64,000 nucleotides of DNA from the NCBI GenBank assembly GCA_963714975.1, contig CAVQQD010000002.1, forward strand, positions 1,120,001 through 1,184,000, read 5' to 3'. Within the stretch, counting starts at the first letter, position 1; every line of letters starts with the position of its first letter. The notes beneath the pieces were generated by a model. The model was not told the origin of the DNA. It did no database searches and saw only the letters and a list, made by a program, of their open reading frames with translations. Positions 40,198 through 50,900 of the stretch are shown here, piece after piece. Both the position numbers and the translations under genes were made by a program. Origin of the DNA: an uncultured Gammaproteobacteria bacterium. Lineage in GTDB: Bacteria; Pseudomonadota; Gammaproteobacteria; JAURND01.

Positions 40198-41238
40198 ATG
40201 ATGCTGACAAAACCCGCACTGAAGGATGAAGAAATTGTCAGATGCATAAAGAATGCGTATGGATTGACCCTAGAAAAAATCTCTTTCTTGCCGCTTGGCG
40301 CTGATTTCAATACGGCCGTTTATCGCGTTACAACAAGCAGCAAAGTGGATTATTTTTTGAAGTTACGGCGCAGAGAATTTTTTGATGCTGCAGTATCGGT
40401 TCCTAAATATTTAGCTGACATTGGTCTCAAATCAGTGATCCCACCTCTCGCAACCAGGATAGAGCAATTTTGGACAAGCTTGGCATCCTTTAAAGCGATT
40501 CTCTACCCTTATGTAGAGGGGCGTAATTGCATAGAAGCAAAATTATCAGACCAGCAGTGGATTGAATTTGGCACAAGCCTTAAAAAATTTCACAGCACCG
40601 ATATTCCTAGCGCAATAACAAAAGACGTATCACAAGAAACATTCTCCCCTAAATGGCGAGAGATGGTAAAGACGTTCCTTAACTGCATTGAAAATAAGGT
40701 GTTCGAAGAGCCTGTTGCCGCTAAAATGGCATTGTTCCTTCAATCCAAAAGTAGCGAAATACTTAAACTTATCAGGCGCACTGAAAATCTTGCCTACTTA
40801 CTGAAAAAACAGCCTATCGAGTTTATTTTATGCCACGCGGACATTCATGGATGGAACTTGCTTATTGATCAAGAAGGCGCGATGTATATGGTCGACTGGG
40901 ATACGCTTATTTTTGCCCCTAAAGAACGCGATCTTATGTTCATTGGCGCTGGCATTGGAGACAGCGGGCGTACGCCGCTTGAGGAGGAAGCACTATTTTA
41001 CCAGGGATATGGCAAAGCAAATATCAATCAGACTGCGGTTGCATACTATCGCTATGAACGCGTTATCGAGGATATCGGGGAGTATTGCAAGTAAATTTTT
41101 CTATCTGACGAAGGCGGTGCAGACCGTATACAGTCGTTCGAATATTTGCAATCCAATTTTCTGTCGAACGGGCCAATAGAGAGAGCTTATCAGGCCGACA
41201 AAGGATTAACAGCTATTCAGTGTAACGGCCTGTTATGA
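40198..41238 (+). pseudogene. APH(9)/spectinomycin phosphotransferase-like kinase with premature TAA at 41092-41094
   Basis: LPLGADF, LCHADIHGWN, VDWD, APKERDLMF; the frame stays open for 47 codons after the TAA. Confidence 0.75.
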
Positions 41239-41337
41239 TTCATTATTAGTCAATACACATTGTTCGAAAACGAACAAATTAACGATTAAAAAATGGCTAA
41301 AGTCCGGTATATGTAATCATTTTAGCACCTATATGGC

Positions 41338-41577
41338 TTGATTATCACTCTATTATCAGAGTTATTCCCAGCTAAAATTCGTAATACGGGCGCTGCATTG
41401 AGTTATAATGTTTCGCTTGGTATATTTGGTGGTACAGCGCCATTAGTTGCAATTAGCTTCACACATGCCCTGCACAGTGGATTTGCACCTGGCATATATT
41501 TGATTTTTGGCGCCTTGGTGTCGGGGGGGGGGGGGTGTCTATTCTTAAAGAAGGGAGACTTTTTAAATGTTGGTTGA
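41338..41577 (+). pseudogene. MFS transporter C-terminal fragment
   Basis: SELFPAKIRNTG...SYN...FGGTAP; N-terminal portion absent. Confidence 0.75.
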
Positions 41578-42343
41578 TTCACATTGCCATTTAGACAAAC
41601 TAGCACTAGACAAATACCAAGGCAGCCTGGATTTGGCCTTGCAACAGGCAGCGCAACAAGGAGTTGAATATTACCTTTGCGTCTGTATAGATCTGTTGCA
41701 TTTTCCAGATATTCTGGCAATTGCCAATCGCTATCACAATGTGAAAGTAACGGTTGGTTTGCATCCCAATGAAAAAGTGTCAATGGAGCCCACAGTTGCT
41801 GAATTAGTGCAATTAGCTGAGCATCCATTGGTGCTGGGAATGGGTGAAACGGGATTAGATTACTATCGCAGTGAAGGTGATTGTGCATGGCAACGAGCGC
41901 GATTTCGCAGGCATATCAACGCTGCAAAAACAGTTAAAAAACCTCTCATTGTACACACCCGGCAAGCACCTGAAGATACCTTGCAGATTTTAAAAGAAGA
42001 AAATGCAACTAGCGTTGGTGGTGTGATGCATTGTTTCACTGAAAGCTGGGAAGTGGCTAAGCAAGCATTGGATTTAGGATTTTATATTTCGTTCTCGGGG
42101 ATTGCGACCTTTCAAAATGCAAGAGCATTGCATGAAGTCGTCAAAAAAGTACCCCTAGAAAAAATGTTGATAGAAACCGACGCACCTTACCTTGCTCCTG
42201 TGCCTTATCGTGGAAAACCCAACGAACCTGCTTATGTGCGATACATTGCAGAAGCGATTGCAATATTAAAAAATGTTGATTTTGATACAGTAGCTAAAAA
42301 AACTACGGAGAATTTTTATAAGCTATTTTCCGTTCCTTTGTAG
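41567..42343 (+). CDS. TatD family deoxyribonuclease (YcfH-like)
   Basis: DSHCHL, GETGLDY, VMHCF, ETDAPYLAP. Confidence 0.95.
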   Translation: MLVDSHCHLDKLALDKYQGSLDLALQQAAQQGVEYYLCVCIDLLHFPDILAIANRYHNVKVTVGLHPNEKVSMEPTVAELVQLAEHPLVLGMGETGLDYYRSEGDCAWQRARFRRHINAAKTVKKPLIVHTRQAPEDTLQILKEENATSVGGVMHCFTESWEVAKQALDLGFYISFSGIATFQNARALHEVVKKVPLEKMLIETDAPYLAPVPYRGKPNEPAYVRYIAEAIAILKNVDFDTVAKKTTENFYKLFSVPL

Positions 42344-42370
42344 GGTACAATTTGTCTGTGGTGAATTAAA

Positions 42371-44437
42371 ATGAATGAATCAAAAGAAATATCATCTCAT
42401 GCTCCCGTCACCTCCGCTCTTATACACATAGAGAAATCTGCCGCAAAATCGGTAAAATCCGATTTGTCGGACGTTTTGCTAAGATTGATAAAGGAAGATC
42501 CCAGTAACAGTATAATAGAAAAACTACGGAATGTATTTACTTCTACTAAGTCGACGCATCATTCATTTTTTACCCCCTATGTTCAAAAGAAAACGCTGGA
42601 CTTAAATACATTTTTTAATGCATTGGAGACGCACGCTAGAGGTTTATCTGCAGCTCAATTATTACAAAACCCATGCTTTGCCCGCATTATTGCTTGGTTG
42701 CATTATGCTGAGCTTTCTGTGATAGAAAAAGAAATTAAAATCCCTGAAAATTTCGTTGAAGCGTTAAAGGAATATCAAATTCAACATCTTCTGACCTATA
42801 TAAAAGACGAGACACAATCTCTAGATAAGAGAGAAAAAATAATAGATGTTTTAGCTCAATATGCTTGCAGTGTCAATTTAAGCCCTCAGCAATCCCAAAA
42901 CCTTTTAGGGGCCTGCAAATCCCTAAATTTAGGTGGTTCAAGAGCTGATTTAAAAGGGAGTTCAAGAGCTTTCATTGGAATACTGCCAAAATTATCTGAT
43001 CAAGTTAATGACGGGGAGGCGATTAACAGGATGAAAGAAATAATAAAGTCGTACAATGATCCATTGCTCAGAACAAGGGCAATAATGGCTCTTTATTCAT
43101 TGGGAATGAAAGTTAATAGTGCTAGCTGCCTGCAGATCATCCGATTTTTGGAGAAACTTTTGCCTACATATTCCTCCCATACACTAATTAAAACTATCAT
43201 TAACTTAGGGCAAGATGCCATCGGCCAACGCGCAGGGATTATTGATCGCATGAAAACAATAATAATAAAAAATAATAAAGATGATGACTGGAAAAACTGC
43301 GCTGCAGTTGAAATCCTTGGCGAATTAGCGAGGGGTGTTGATAGTATTCAGCGCGGAGAAATTATCCAATTTTTGCAGAAAACTATAGCAGCCGAAGATT
43401 TAAGCTATAAAAATCAGAAGTTTCTCTCTACACTAATTGCTGCGCTGGGCAACTTAGCTGCTATCAGTACTGACGATCGGCCGCGCACACAAATTATTTT
43501 GGATCTAAAAAACCTTTTAAATAATAAAGGATATGTGCAAGGTATTGAGGGGGAGGTAATTCTGGCTCTTGGCCGAGTAGGAGCTAGCATTACCACGCGT
43601 CAAAATCAGCTTGAAATCATTCAATTTTTAAAAGGATTTACAGATGATAGGGATAACAACAAAAAAATTTCAGATAATAAGAATTACGTTTATCGTCGTA
43701 ACTTTTGCCAGGTCTGTGTAATTGAAGCACTTGGCGAATTAGGGGCTTCTAGTACTGATGATGATATTCGCACAGAAGTTACTGATTTTATGAAAAAAAT
43801 TTTTCAGGAGATGCCTTCCTTCAAGGAGCACACAATTAAAGCGCTTGGAAAATTAGCTGTTAAGGCGACAATCTCCCAGCGTAGGGATATTATTACGATA
43901 TTGCAAAAAGTAGTACAGTTTAACAAACGGGATGAGGGCGCCATAAATGAGGCTGTAGTTGCTCTTTGTCAGTTAGCTGTTAATCCTAATACTAGTCAGC
44001 ATCAGTGCCAACTGATTGTTCAGACGCTAATCTGTTTTTTAAATAACAAGACAGAGTTCGCAAAGCGTCCCGCAGTCGGGGGAGGGATTGTTCTGTCTCT
44101 TTGTCAACTAGATCTAAGCGCTCTTCAGTGCAAAGAGCTAATTGAGTTTTTACGTTCCATGTATAAAGCTAAGGGGGAGGATGAGGATGCTTGGAGTGCA
44201 GTGGAGCCTCTTGTACAACTCATCAACCATCCAAGCTTGAGGGATGAAAGATCCTCCTTAATTTGCCAAATAGCTATAGATTTTAATAACGATCCAATAA
44301 AAAAGATGAGGTTTGTTTACAGCGCTCAAACGGAATTACGGGCTACTACCTATGAAAAAATTGCTAAGGAAACTCTAAATGAAATATGTCTGAAAATATC
44401 TGATCTTACAAATATTGCGATGTCCTATGTGAAGTAA
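42371..44437 (+). CDS. HEAT/ARM-like repeat protein (effector candidate)
   Basis: Recurrent (A)LG(E/N/K)LA...R.EII.FL helical repeats. Confidence 0.75.
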   Translation: MNESKEISSHAPVTSALIHIEKSAAKSVKSDLSDVLLRLIKEDPSNSIIEKLRNVFTSTKSTHHSFFTPYVQKKTLDLNTFFNALETHARGLSAAQLLQNPCFARIIAWLHYAELSVIEKEIKIPENFVEALKEYQIQHLLTYIKDETQSLDKREKIIDVLAQYACSVNLSPQQSQNLLGACKSLNLGGSRADLKGSSRAFIGILPKLSDQVNDGEAINRMKEIIKSYNDPLLRTRAIMALYSLGMKVNSASCLQIIRFLEKLLPTYSSHTLIKTIINLGQDAIGQRAGIIDRMKTIIIKNNKDDDWKNCAAVEILGELARGVDSIQRGEIIQFLQKTIAAEDLSYKNQKFLSTLIAALGNLAAISTDDRPRTQIILDLKNLLNNKGYVQGIEGEVILALGRVGASITTRQNQLEIIQFLKGFTDDRDNNKKISDNKNYVYRRNFCQVCVIEALGELGASSTDDDIRTEVTDFMKKIFQEMPSFKEHTIKALGKLAVKATISQRRDIITILQKVVQFNKRDEGAINEAVVALCQLAVNPNTSQHQCQLIVQTLICFLNNKTEFAKRPAVGGGIVLSLCQLDLSALQCKELIEFLRSMYKAKGEDEDAWSAVEPLVQLINHPSLRDERSSLICQIAIDFNNDPIKKMRFVYSAQTELRATTYEKIAKETLNEICLKISDLTNIAMSYVK

Positions 44438-44650
44438 TAATCTTCACCAACAAAATCTGTGGTCCTCTCACCTTAACTACTACAATATCAAATTCTGTGG
44501 ATGTGAAAAAGATTACATAAAATTAGATAGATGGAGAAAAAATTTTAAATTATTGAAGAAATATAATTTATCATTTGACATGCAAATCTATCCTGAACAA
44601 GTAGATGAGATTTTACCTTATTGTAAATCAGGCGGATTGCACAGATATAG

Positions 44651-44799
44651 GTAAGCGTCCAACCACTAACGTCATTCCCCCAATAGCGATTCCGTGCTAT
44701 TTTTAAAAAAATCCAAGTCTTTCACGTGATAAGGCAGCAATTTTTCGAAATCTGTTACGTGTTTGCAATTGGGCAGTTCTTTAAAAATATAAGTGAGAT
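44651..44799 (-). mobile_element. IS66-family remnant (transposase C-terminus plus terminal repeat)
   Basis: Minus strand reads YLTYIFKELPNCKHVTDFEKLLPY; GTAAGCGTCC terminus at 44651. Confidence 0.7.
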
Positions 44800-44809
44800 A
44801 GAACAAAAG

Positions 44810-46517
44810 ATGTCCCTTATCAAGTCACCATTCTCGCCTGCTCAATTAAATCAATTAGAGCATATGGTTATGTCTCAAGGGGGACATGCTCTCAGTGAAG
44901 ACGCTGCGATCTTACTCTCCGATCGACATTGGTTCTATATTTATGAATTGGCGCAGGCCTTAAACAATACAGGTAATTGGATTAATTACTATACGAGACA
45001 GCCATTTAATACCTATGATGTAACTAGAATCAAAGAACTCATTAAAAATAAAAAAATCGGTATGAATGCACCTAACGAGCAGAAATTACCTACTTCCACA
45101 GAAGATGATCCTTTCCTAACTGCTGCGCTAAATATTGCCCAAGCAGAAGGCTACGAAATACCTTTTGCCAATAATTTTTTAGTAGATGAGCATATTAGGA
45201 ATCTAGTTTCATCAGGCAGATTAACCCAGGAACAAAGTTTGCCGACCGTTAGACAAATAGTACGGGCAATTGAGATGAATGAACGGTTGAGCGCCTGTTT
45301 TAGCCGAAACCTATTGAGTCTTACCCAGCTTCATGAGTGGGGGTCAATGGAGGCTACTCGTATAGCTAATATCGCTTACTCTGACTATACATGGGTCTTC
45401 GTTTGTGATGGTGCCCTTAGTCTCCGAACAAATTCGTGCATGGGGGGAAGCAGAAACTCTGAGGGTAGTTAATATTGCTAAACAATCCCATATTAGTAAA
45501 TATTTTGAACCCCCTCGTCCAGACCTACTTGATCCCTTACGCTTTGAACAAGAAATGACTCTTGCCGAAATTAAAATGTGGAATCCTCGTCAAATAGAGG
45601 TGGCGACTCGGGATTACAGGAATATTGATTTAAGTAATGAGGATTTAAGGGGCCTTGATCTTCGTGTGGCAAAAAATTTATCTCGAGCCTCTTCCTTGAG
45701 AGGAGTTAATTTATCCCACGCTAATTTGTCGGGCGTTAAGTTAGATAATCAAGATCTTCAAGGTGCGAATCTTTCCCATACTAACTTAAGCTTGGCTTGC
45801 CTCAATGGAGCCAATTTGCAAGGCGCAAATCTCTCCGGTGCCAACCTAAGTGGAGCTACATTTCGAGGAGCTTATTGTCAACAAGCCAACTTTTCGGCAG
45901 CTAATTTTAGCAGGCAGCGAATTCGAATATTTAATCAGCCAGGGAACAGGCTTTTAACAAGCTATCATGATCGAAGTGTAGACTTGACTGCTACAGATTT
46001 ACGCAATACAGTTGGAATGCCAAGACTAAGCACTCTGGGGGTTTACTCACCAGGTGCGCGCATAGACCATGATTTTTTTTGGCGCCCCCACTCGGATTGT
46101 CAAATAGCTACACATCAATTGACAGCAAAAGCTCATCATTTACGCGCACGAGGATATCTAAGAGAAGCTACAGCTGCAGAGCGGTTAACTTATTCCGATT
46201 CACACCCCAGAGAGGAACATCAGCTTGTAGAGTCGAGGAAGTTATTGTCGAAATTACGCGACAATAAAAAAACAGCTGGGCATCTGCTATTTGGCTTGAT
46301 TATTCTTTCTATGGTTACAGAAGGTAGTTTACAATTTACTCACTCGGGTAATATTTTTGAGCTAGAACCTCAAGCCGAGATATATTTAGCAATTGCTTTG
46401 TGTAGTACAGCTGTTTTAGCCCTCATGATCAAAAAAGCAGTGACTGGTAATGTATTCTGCTTTACTTCAGAAGCAGGAGAAATTGCTGATACGCTGTATG
46501 CATTAAAAGGCAGTTGA
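44810..46517 (+). pseudogene. Pentapeptide-repeat protein with C-terminal TM helices, frameshifted near 45420
   Basis: Two overlapping ORFs; ANLSG/ANLQG repeats in the second. Confidence 0.75.
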
Positions 46518-46835
46518 CATCCTCGCCCTGAAGAGCGAGGATTTCTACTGCTTTTAACCATCACCCCAAACCTGCACGATTCCTGCACGCTACTTCTATT
46601 TAAGGATCAATTTCCAAACTGTGTTTCTAGCCTTTCCTTGTTGCTCCAATAAACCTAAAGATTTTAAAACCGTAAAATCAGCTTTTATAGTCCTAAGACT
46701 TAATTTTTCCCCTAAACGATTATAAATTTCTTGAGCATTTAAAGCTTCTCCATAAGCAAGAATCTCCATTATTTTTTGCTGCCTATCGGTTAAAGTAATA
46801 TTTTCTTGCTTCTCAATTGATATTATTGGAGGCTT
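46235..46835 (+). repeat. 601-bp direct repeat, copy 1
   Basis: Near-identical to 61172-61772 (constant offset 14937). Confidence 0.95.
46596..46835 (-). pseudogene. Winged-HTH C-terminal fragment of an ATP-binding regulator-like gene
   Basis: LTDRQQKIMEIL...LSLRTIKADF..LKSLGLLEQQGKARNTVW; slightly longer in copy 2 (FKVIFRFP). Confidence 0.6.
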
Positions 46836-46854
46836 TATATTTAGTTACGAGATT

Positions 46855-47139
46855 TTGGCTACTGAAAAACTATTGCTGCAAAGGGGCCTTATCCCTTCTG
46901 TATTTTTCCGTTATCCAGGCTTAGTTGCTAATGAAACACTACTGTTAAAATTAAATAAGTTAAGCATTATTCCTTTAGGAAGTGATGCTTGGTTGGCGAA
47001 GAAAGAAATTCCAAAAGCTGGTAGTATTATCTTAGTGCATGGCAATTCCAATGAACATGAAGGTATAGTGGCTGCTATGGAATTACTGAAAAAAAGCAAT
47101 CTTACTTTTTTACCCTTGCAGCAGGCCATAGTGGAGTAG
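46855..47139 (+). pseudogene. Polysaccharide deacetylase-like C-terminal fragment
   Basis: FFRYPGL and GSIILVHGN. Confidence 0.6.
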
Positions 47140-47227
47140 ATCAGCCACTTTCTAATAAATCATTGAGAAAACTGTTTATCGCTTCAACAATCCATTTCTA
47201 AAAAACTCATGTAACTATTTGATTTAC

Positions 47228-47272
47228 TGGTGGGCCCACTAGGACTCGAACCTAGGACCAAGGGATTATGAG
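47228..47272 (-). repeat. att site: duplicated 3' 45 bp of tRNA-Ile(CAU)
   Basis: Identical to 62431-62475. Confidence 0.95.
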
Positions 47273-47404
47273 GCTCAAAGTTGTGTCGTAACTATCTAAT
47301 TTTAAACAATTTTATTAGGCGGGCACCCCACTGCAAATGCCTAATAAAGCAGAGTGGAGCAGCACCGAATCGCGCAAAAGTCGCACAGGGTCAAACTAAA
47401 GTTT

Positions 47405-47701
47405 TCATGCTGCCTTAGGATGTTTTTTAACCCATGCTCTCAATACCTCGTCCATACGTGTTTGCCAACCCTCCCCTGTTGATTTGAAATATTCTATGAC
47501 TTCAGGGCTATAGCGTATTGTTATAGCTTTTTTAATTGGCTTTTTCTGATGCCCACGCTGGCCAATCTTACGTTTAGGCAAGGCCTTGAATAACTCTTTA
47601 GGCAAAACTTCAGCAGCAGAACGCATGACACTGATATCGTCATTTTTTAGTTCTCTAACATCCCCTTCTTTATTCGTCAGCCGGCTCTCTCTTTTGCTCA
47701 T
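47405..47701 (-). CDS. BrnA family antitoxin
   Basis: ITIRYSPEVIEYFKSTGEGWQTRMDEVLR. Confidence 0.92.
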   Translation of the reverse strand: MSKRESRLTNKEGDVRELKNDDISVMRSAAEVLPKELFKALPKRKIGQRGHQKKPIKKAITIRYSPEVIEYFKSTGEGWQTRMDEVLRAWVKKHPKAA

Positions 47702-47954
47702 ATCTTTTCACCTCTCTTAAGTTAGCTTTACGAAAACTAATGATACGTACACCACCAGCGATTGGAGTAAAACATATTACATGAAGCCTATCTCCTAAAT
47801 ATCCCATTGTCACAATGCGCTTTTCAGGGTACGGGTTTCGAGCATCCTCAACATAAGCTGCTGTTTCCCAATCAAATTCAATTACCTTATCAAATGGCAA
47901 ACCGCGTTTTTCCTTGTTTTTATTAGATTTTTTAGGATCGAACTCAAGTTTCAT
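47670..47954 (-). CDS. BrnT family toxin
   Basis: EFDPKKSNKNKEKRGLPF and RIISFRKANLRE. Confidence 0.92.
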   Translation of the reverse strand: MKLEFDPKKSNKNKEKRGLPFDKVIEFDWETAAYVEDARNPYPEKRIVTMGYLGDRLHVICFTPIAGGVRIISFRKANLREVKRYEQKREPADE

Positions 47955-50900
47955 ATGTTTAATTGTAGCCACAAATAATTATATGTCAAGCACTTAGGGT
48001 GACTTGGCCAACCATATTTCTTGTCTGAGCATCAGCCAATTCTTTTTTTTAAGAAAAAATTCTTAGTTTTTGTTGTTTTTCAATTTTGCATGAGTCACCT
48101 AATGCAGGGGCAGGGGCCATGAGGTTGAATTGATTGGATCAGCTGCAGATAAAAACTCGCTAATTCTTCAACAGTGTGAAACGGCACCGTACCTGTACCT
48201 ACTTCAATGCCCGGATCTTGAATGCCATATAAAGGCCGTTCTGGATCTAAGTATTTAGTTAATGAAATGTACCAAAATACCGTACCTCCAATGGGATGAA
48301 TCAAAAATAACGGTTTTTTTGAACCCTTTGGGTTTAAAGGAACTAGGCAACGAGGTAAAAGGTTTTTTTCGGCAATGGCTGTAGCGGCTAAAAAAGCCTG
48401 TTTTCCTCCCTAGATCGCGATACCAATTGGGCAAGCTGCGCAATCGTAGGGTTGGGTAAAAAATCACTCAAGGCGATAGGTGTTTTGAATTCCGCTTCGG
48501 TGACAGATAATAGTTTTAATGCCGAAAAAGAATTCCCTCCTAATTCAAAAAAGTGATCTTGTACACTGATAGAATGAATTCCTAATAGCTTTGACCAGAT
48601 AGATGATAGCGTTTTTTCTTCTAGGGTTTGAGGTGATATAAATTTTCGCTGTACATAATGCCCTTCCTCGGGCTGGGGGAGCGCTTTCTTATCAATTTTG
48701 CCATTCTTCGTTAATGGGAATTCAGCTAAAAACACATAAGCCCCTGGGATCATATAGGACGGTAAATAGTCCGCTAAATAATGACGCAATTGATTCGCCG
48801 TGATGGCTTGACTGCACGTCATATAGGCCGTTAAAAACGAGATCCCCTGCTGGATTAGAATGCGTAGTCACCAGAGCTTGTTTTACGCCTTGAAAATCAA
48901 GAATTCGTGCTTCAATTTCTCCCAGCTCAATGCGAAAGCCACGAATTTTCACTTGATCATCACTCCTGCCTTTATAGGCCAGCGTGCCATCGGGTAACCA
49001 CATGGCCAAATCACCTGAACGGTATAACGGTTCTGAGGGATGATCGATGAAAGGATTCGCCACAAATTTGTCTTGAGTCAACTGAAGTTTATTTAAATAT
49101 CCTTTCGCAACGCCACTGCCCCCTACATAAATCTCCCCGATCACATAGGGGGGCACAGGCAGCTGATTTTTATCTAAAAGATAAATAGCACGTTCCGGTA
49201 GCGGTTTACCAATAATCGAATACTCGGAGGTTTTGACATTTTCCTCGGTGAGAACATGATAAGTCGCATGAATCGTGGCTTCGGTGATTCCATACATATT
49301 GATGAGCTGAGGCTGTCGATAATCATGCCGTGCAAACCAAGGAGATAATGCAGATATTGATAATGCCTCTCCACCAAAAATGACATAACGCAGCAATAAC
49401 GATTGAGGCTGCATTTGGTCGATAGTCATCAATTGATAAAATACAGAAGGCGTGACATTCAATACTGTGATCGACCGCTCAACCATCCAACGATAAAAAT
49501 TTGAGAGGTCTTGCTGCATCGATGCAGGGACAATTTCTAATTTTCCACCATTTAGCAAGGCACCCCACATTTCCCAGACGGAAAAATCAAAATGAAACGA
49601 ATGAAACAACGACCAAGTATCTTGATCCGTAAAATGAAATAAAGATTGCGTAGCCACCATTAATTGTGTCACATTTCGATGCGTGATTAGCGTTCCTTTG
49701 GGATCACCAGTAGAACCTGAGGTGTACATCACATAGGCCAAATCATCAACGCTGACTCGAGGTAAAGAGAAAGAATTTTTCCCGACAAAACGACAGTCTT
49801 CGAGATAAACCACTCGCACAGAGCTTTGCAAATTGAGCGATTTTGAGGACAAAGTCTTCTTCTCGGTCAGTAAACAAGTTGCTTGACTGTCTTTGATTAG
49901 GTATTCAATGCGCTTGGGTGGATTCTGCGGATCGATAGGAAGATAGTGAGCACCCGCTTTTAAGCTGGCTAGAATCGCTACCAGCATCGATATACCACGT
50001 TCTAGATACAGGGCTAGTAACGTTCCAGACTTCACTCCCGCTTGCTGCAAGGCACAAGCCAGCCGATTGGCTTGATTTTCTAATTCACGATAGGTCAATT
50101 GTTTTTGCTCAAACACCACCGCTATTCGATGCGGATGCTTTTTGGCTTGTTGTGCAAATAAAGCGTGAATCGTTTGGGCAGAATCTCTAGAAGCTTGGTG
50201 TGGATTCCAATCATAGAGAATTTGTTGATATTCTTGAGTAGATAGCAAGGGTAATCTGTGGATGAGTTGCTCGGGATTCTGCAATAAAGTCGTCATTAAC
50301 CCTGCATAATGCGCAATCACCTGCTTTAATTTAGCGCTCTCCACCTTGGATACGTCATAAGAAAATTTAATCTGCGTTTCCTCCTGTTGAAAAACAGAAA
50401 TCGTCAAAGGGTAATGCGTAGAATCAACAATCGTAATATCATGAAAATTTATTTTTAAGGCAGAAATTCTTGCTTTGGGGTAATTTTCAACCACCAACAA
50501 GCTTTGTAATAAGTCTTGTAAATTTCGTGAAGCTGGATTCCAGGTTTGTATTTCCGATAAAAAAACATAACCATATTCCAGCACTTCGAGAATATTGCGT
50601 TGCACGTGCTTTAAATAATTTAAGGCAGTGTGTTCATTAGCAAAACGGATACGCAAAGGTAACGTATTGACCATTAAGCCAAGGATACGATCCCCCTGAA
50701 TATCACTTGGCCGCAACGAAAAGGAGATTCCAAAAATAACGTCATCAGTTTGAGTATATCGATGTAATAGTAAAGCCCAAAGCGCTTGGAAAAAAGTGTT
50801 AGCAGTTAAATGGTGAACCTTTAAAAAATTGTGAATCTCTTGTGTTAATTGCACCGGTAGCTTTAAAACATGATCAGCTGTTTGGTGTATTAAAGAAGAA

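Noticed and set aside
41523-41535. G13 tract as a phase-variation switch
   Set aside because: It lies in an already truncated MFS fragment, and homopolymer lengths look unreliable here.
44726-44809. N-terminus of ORF 44726-45472
   Set aside because: Antisense reading of the IS66 remnant.
47228-47272. Second tRNA gene
   Set aside because: Only the 3' portion is present; interpreted as an att site.
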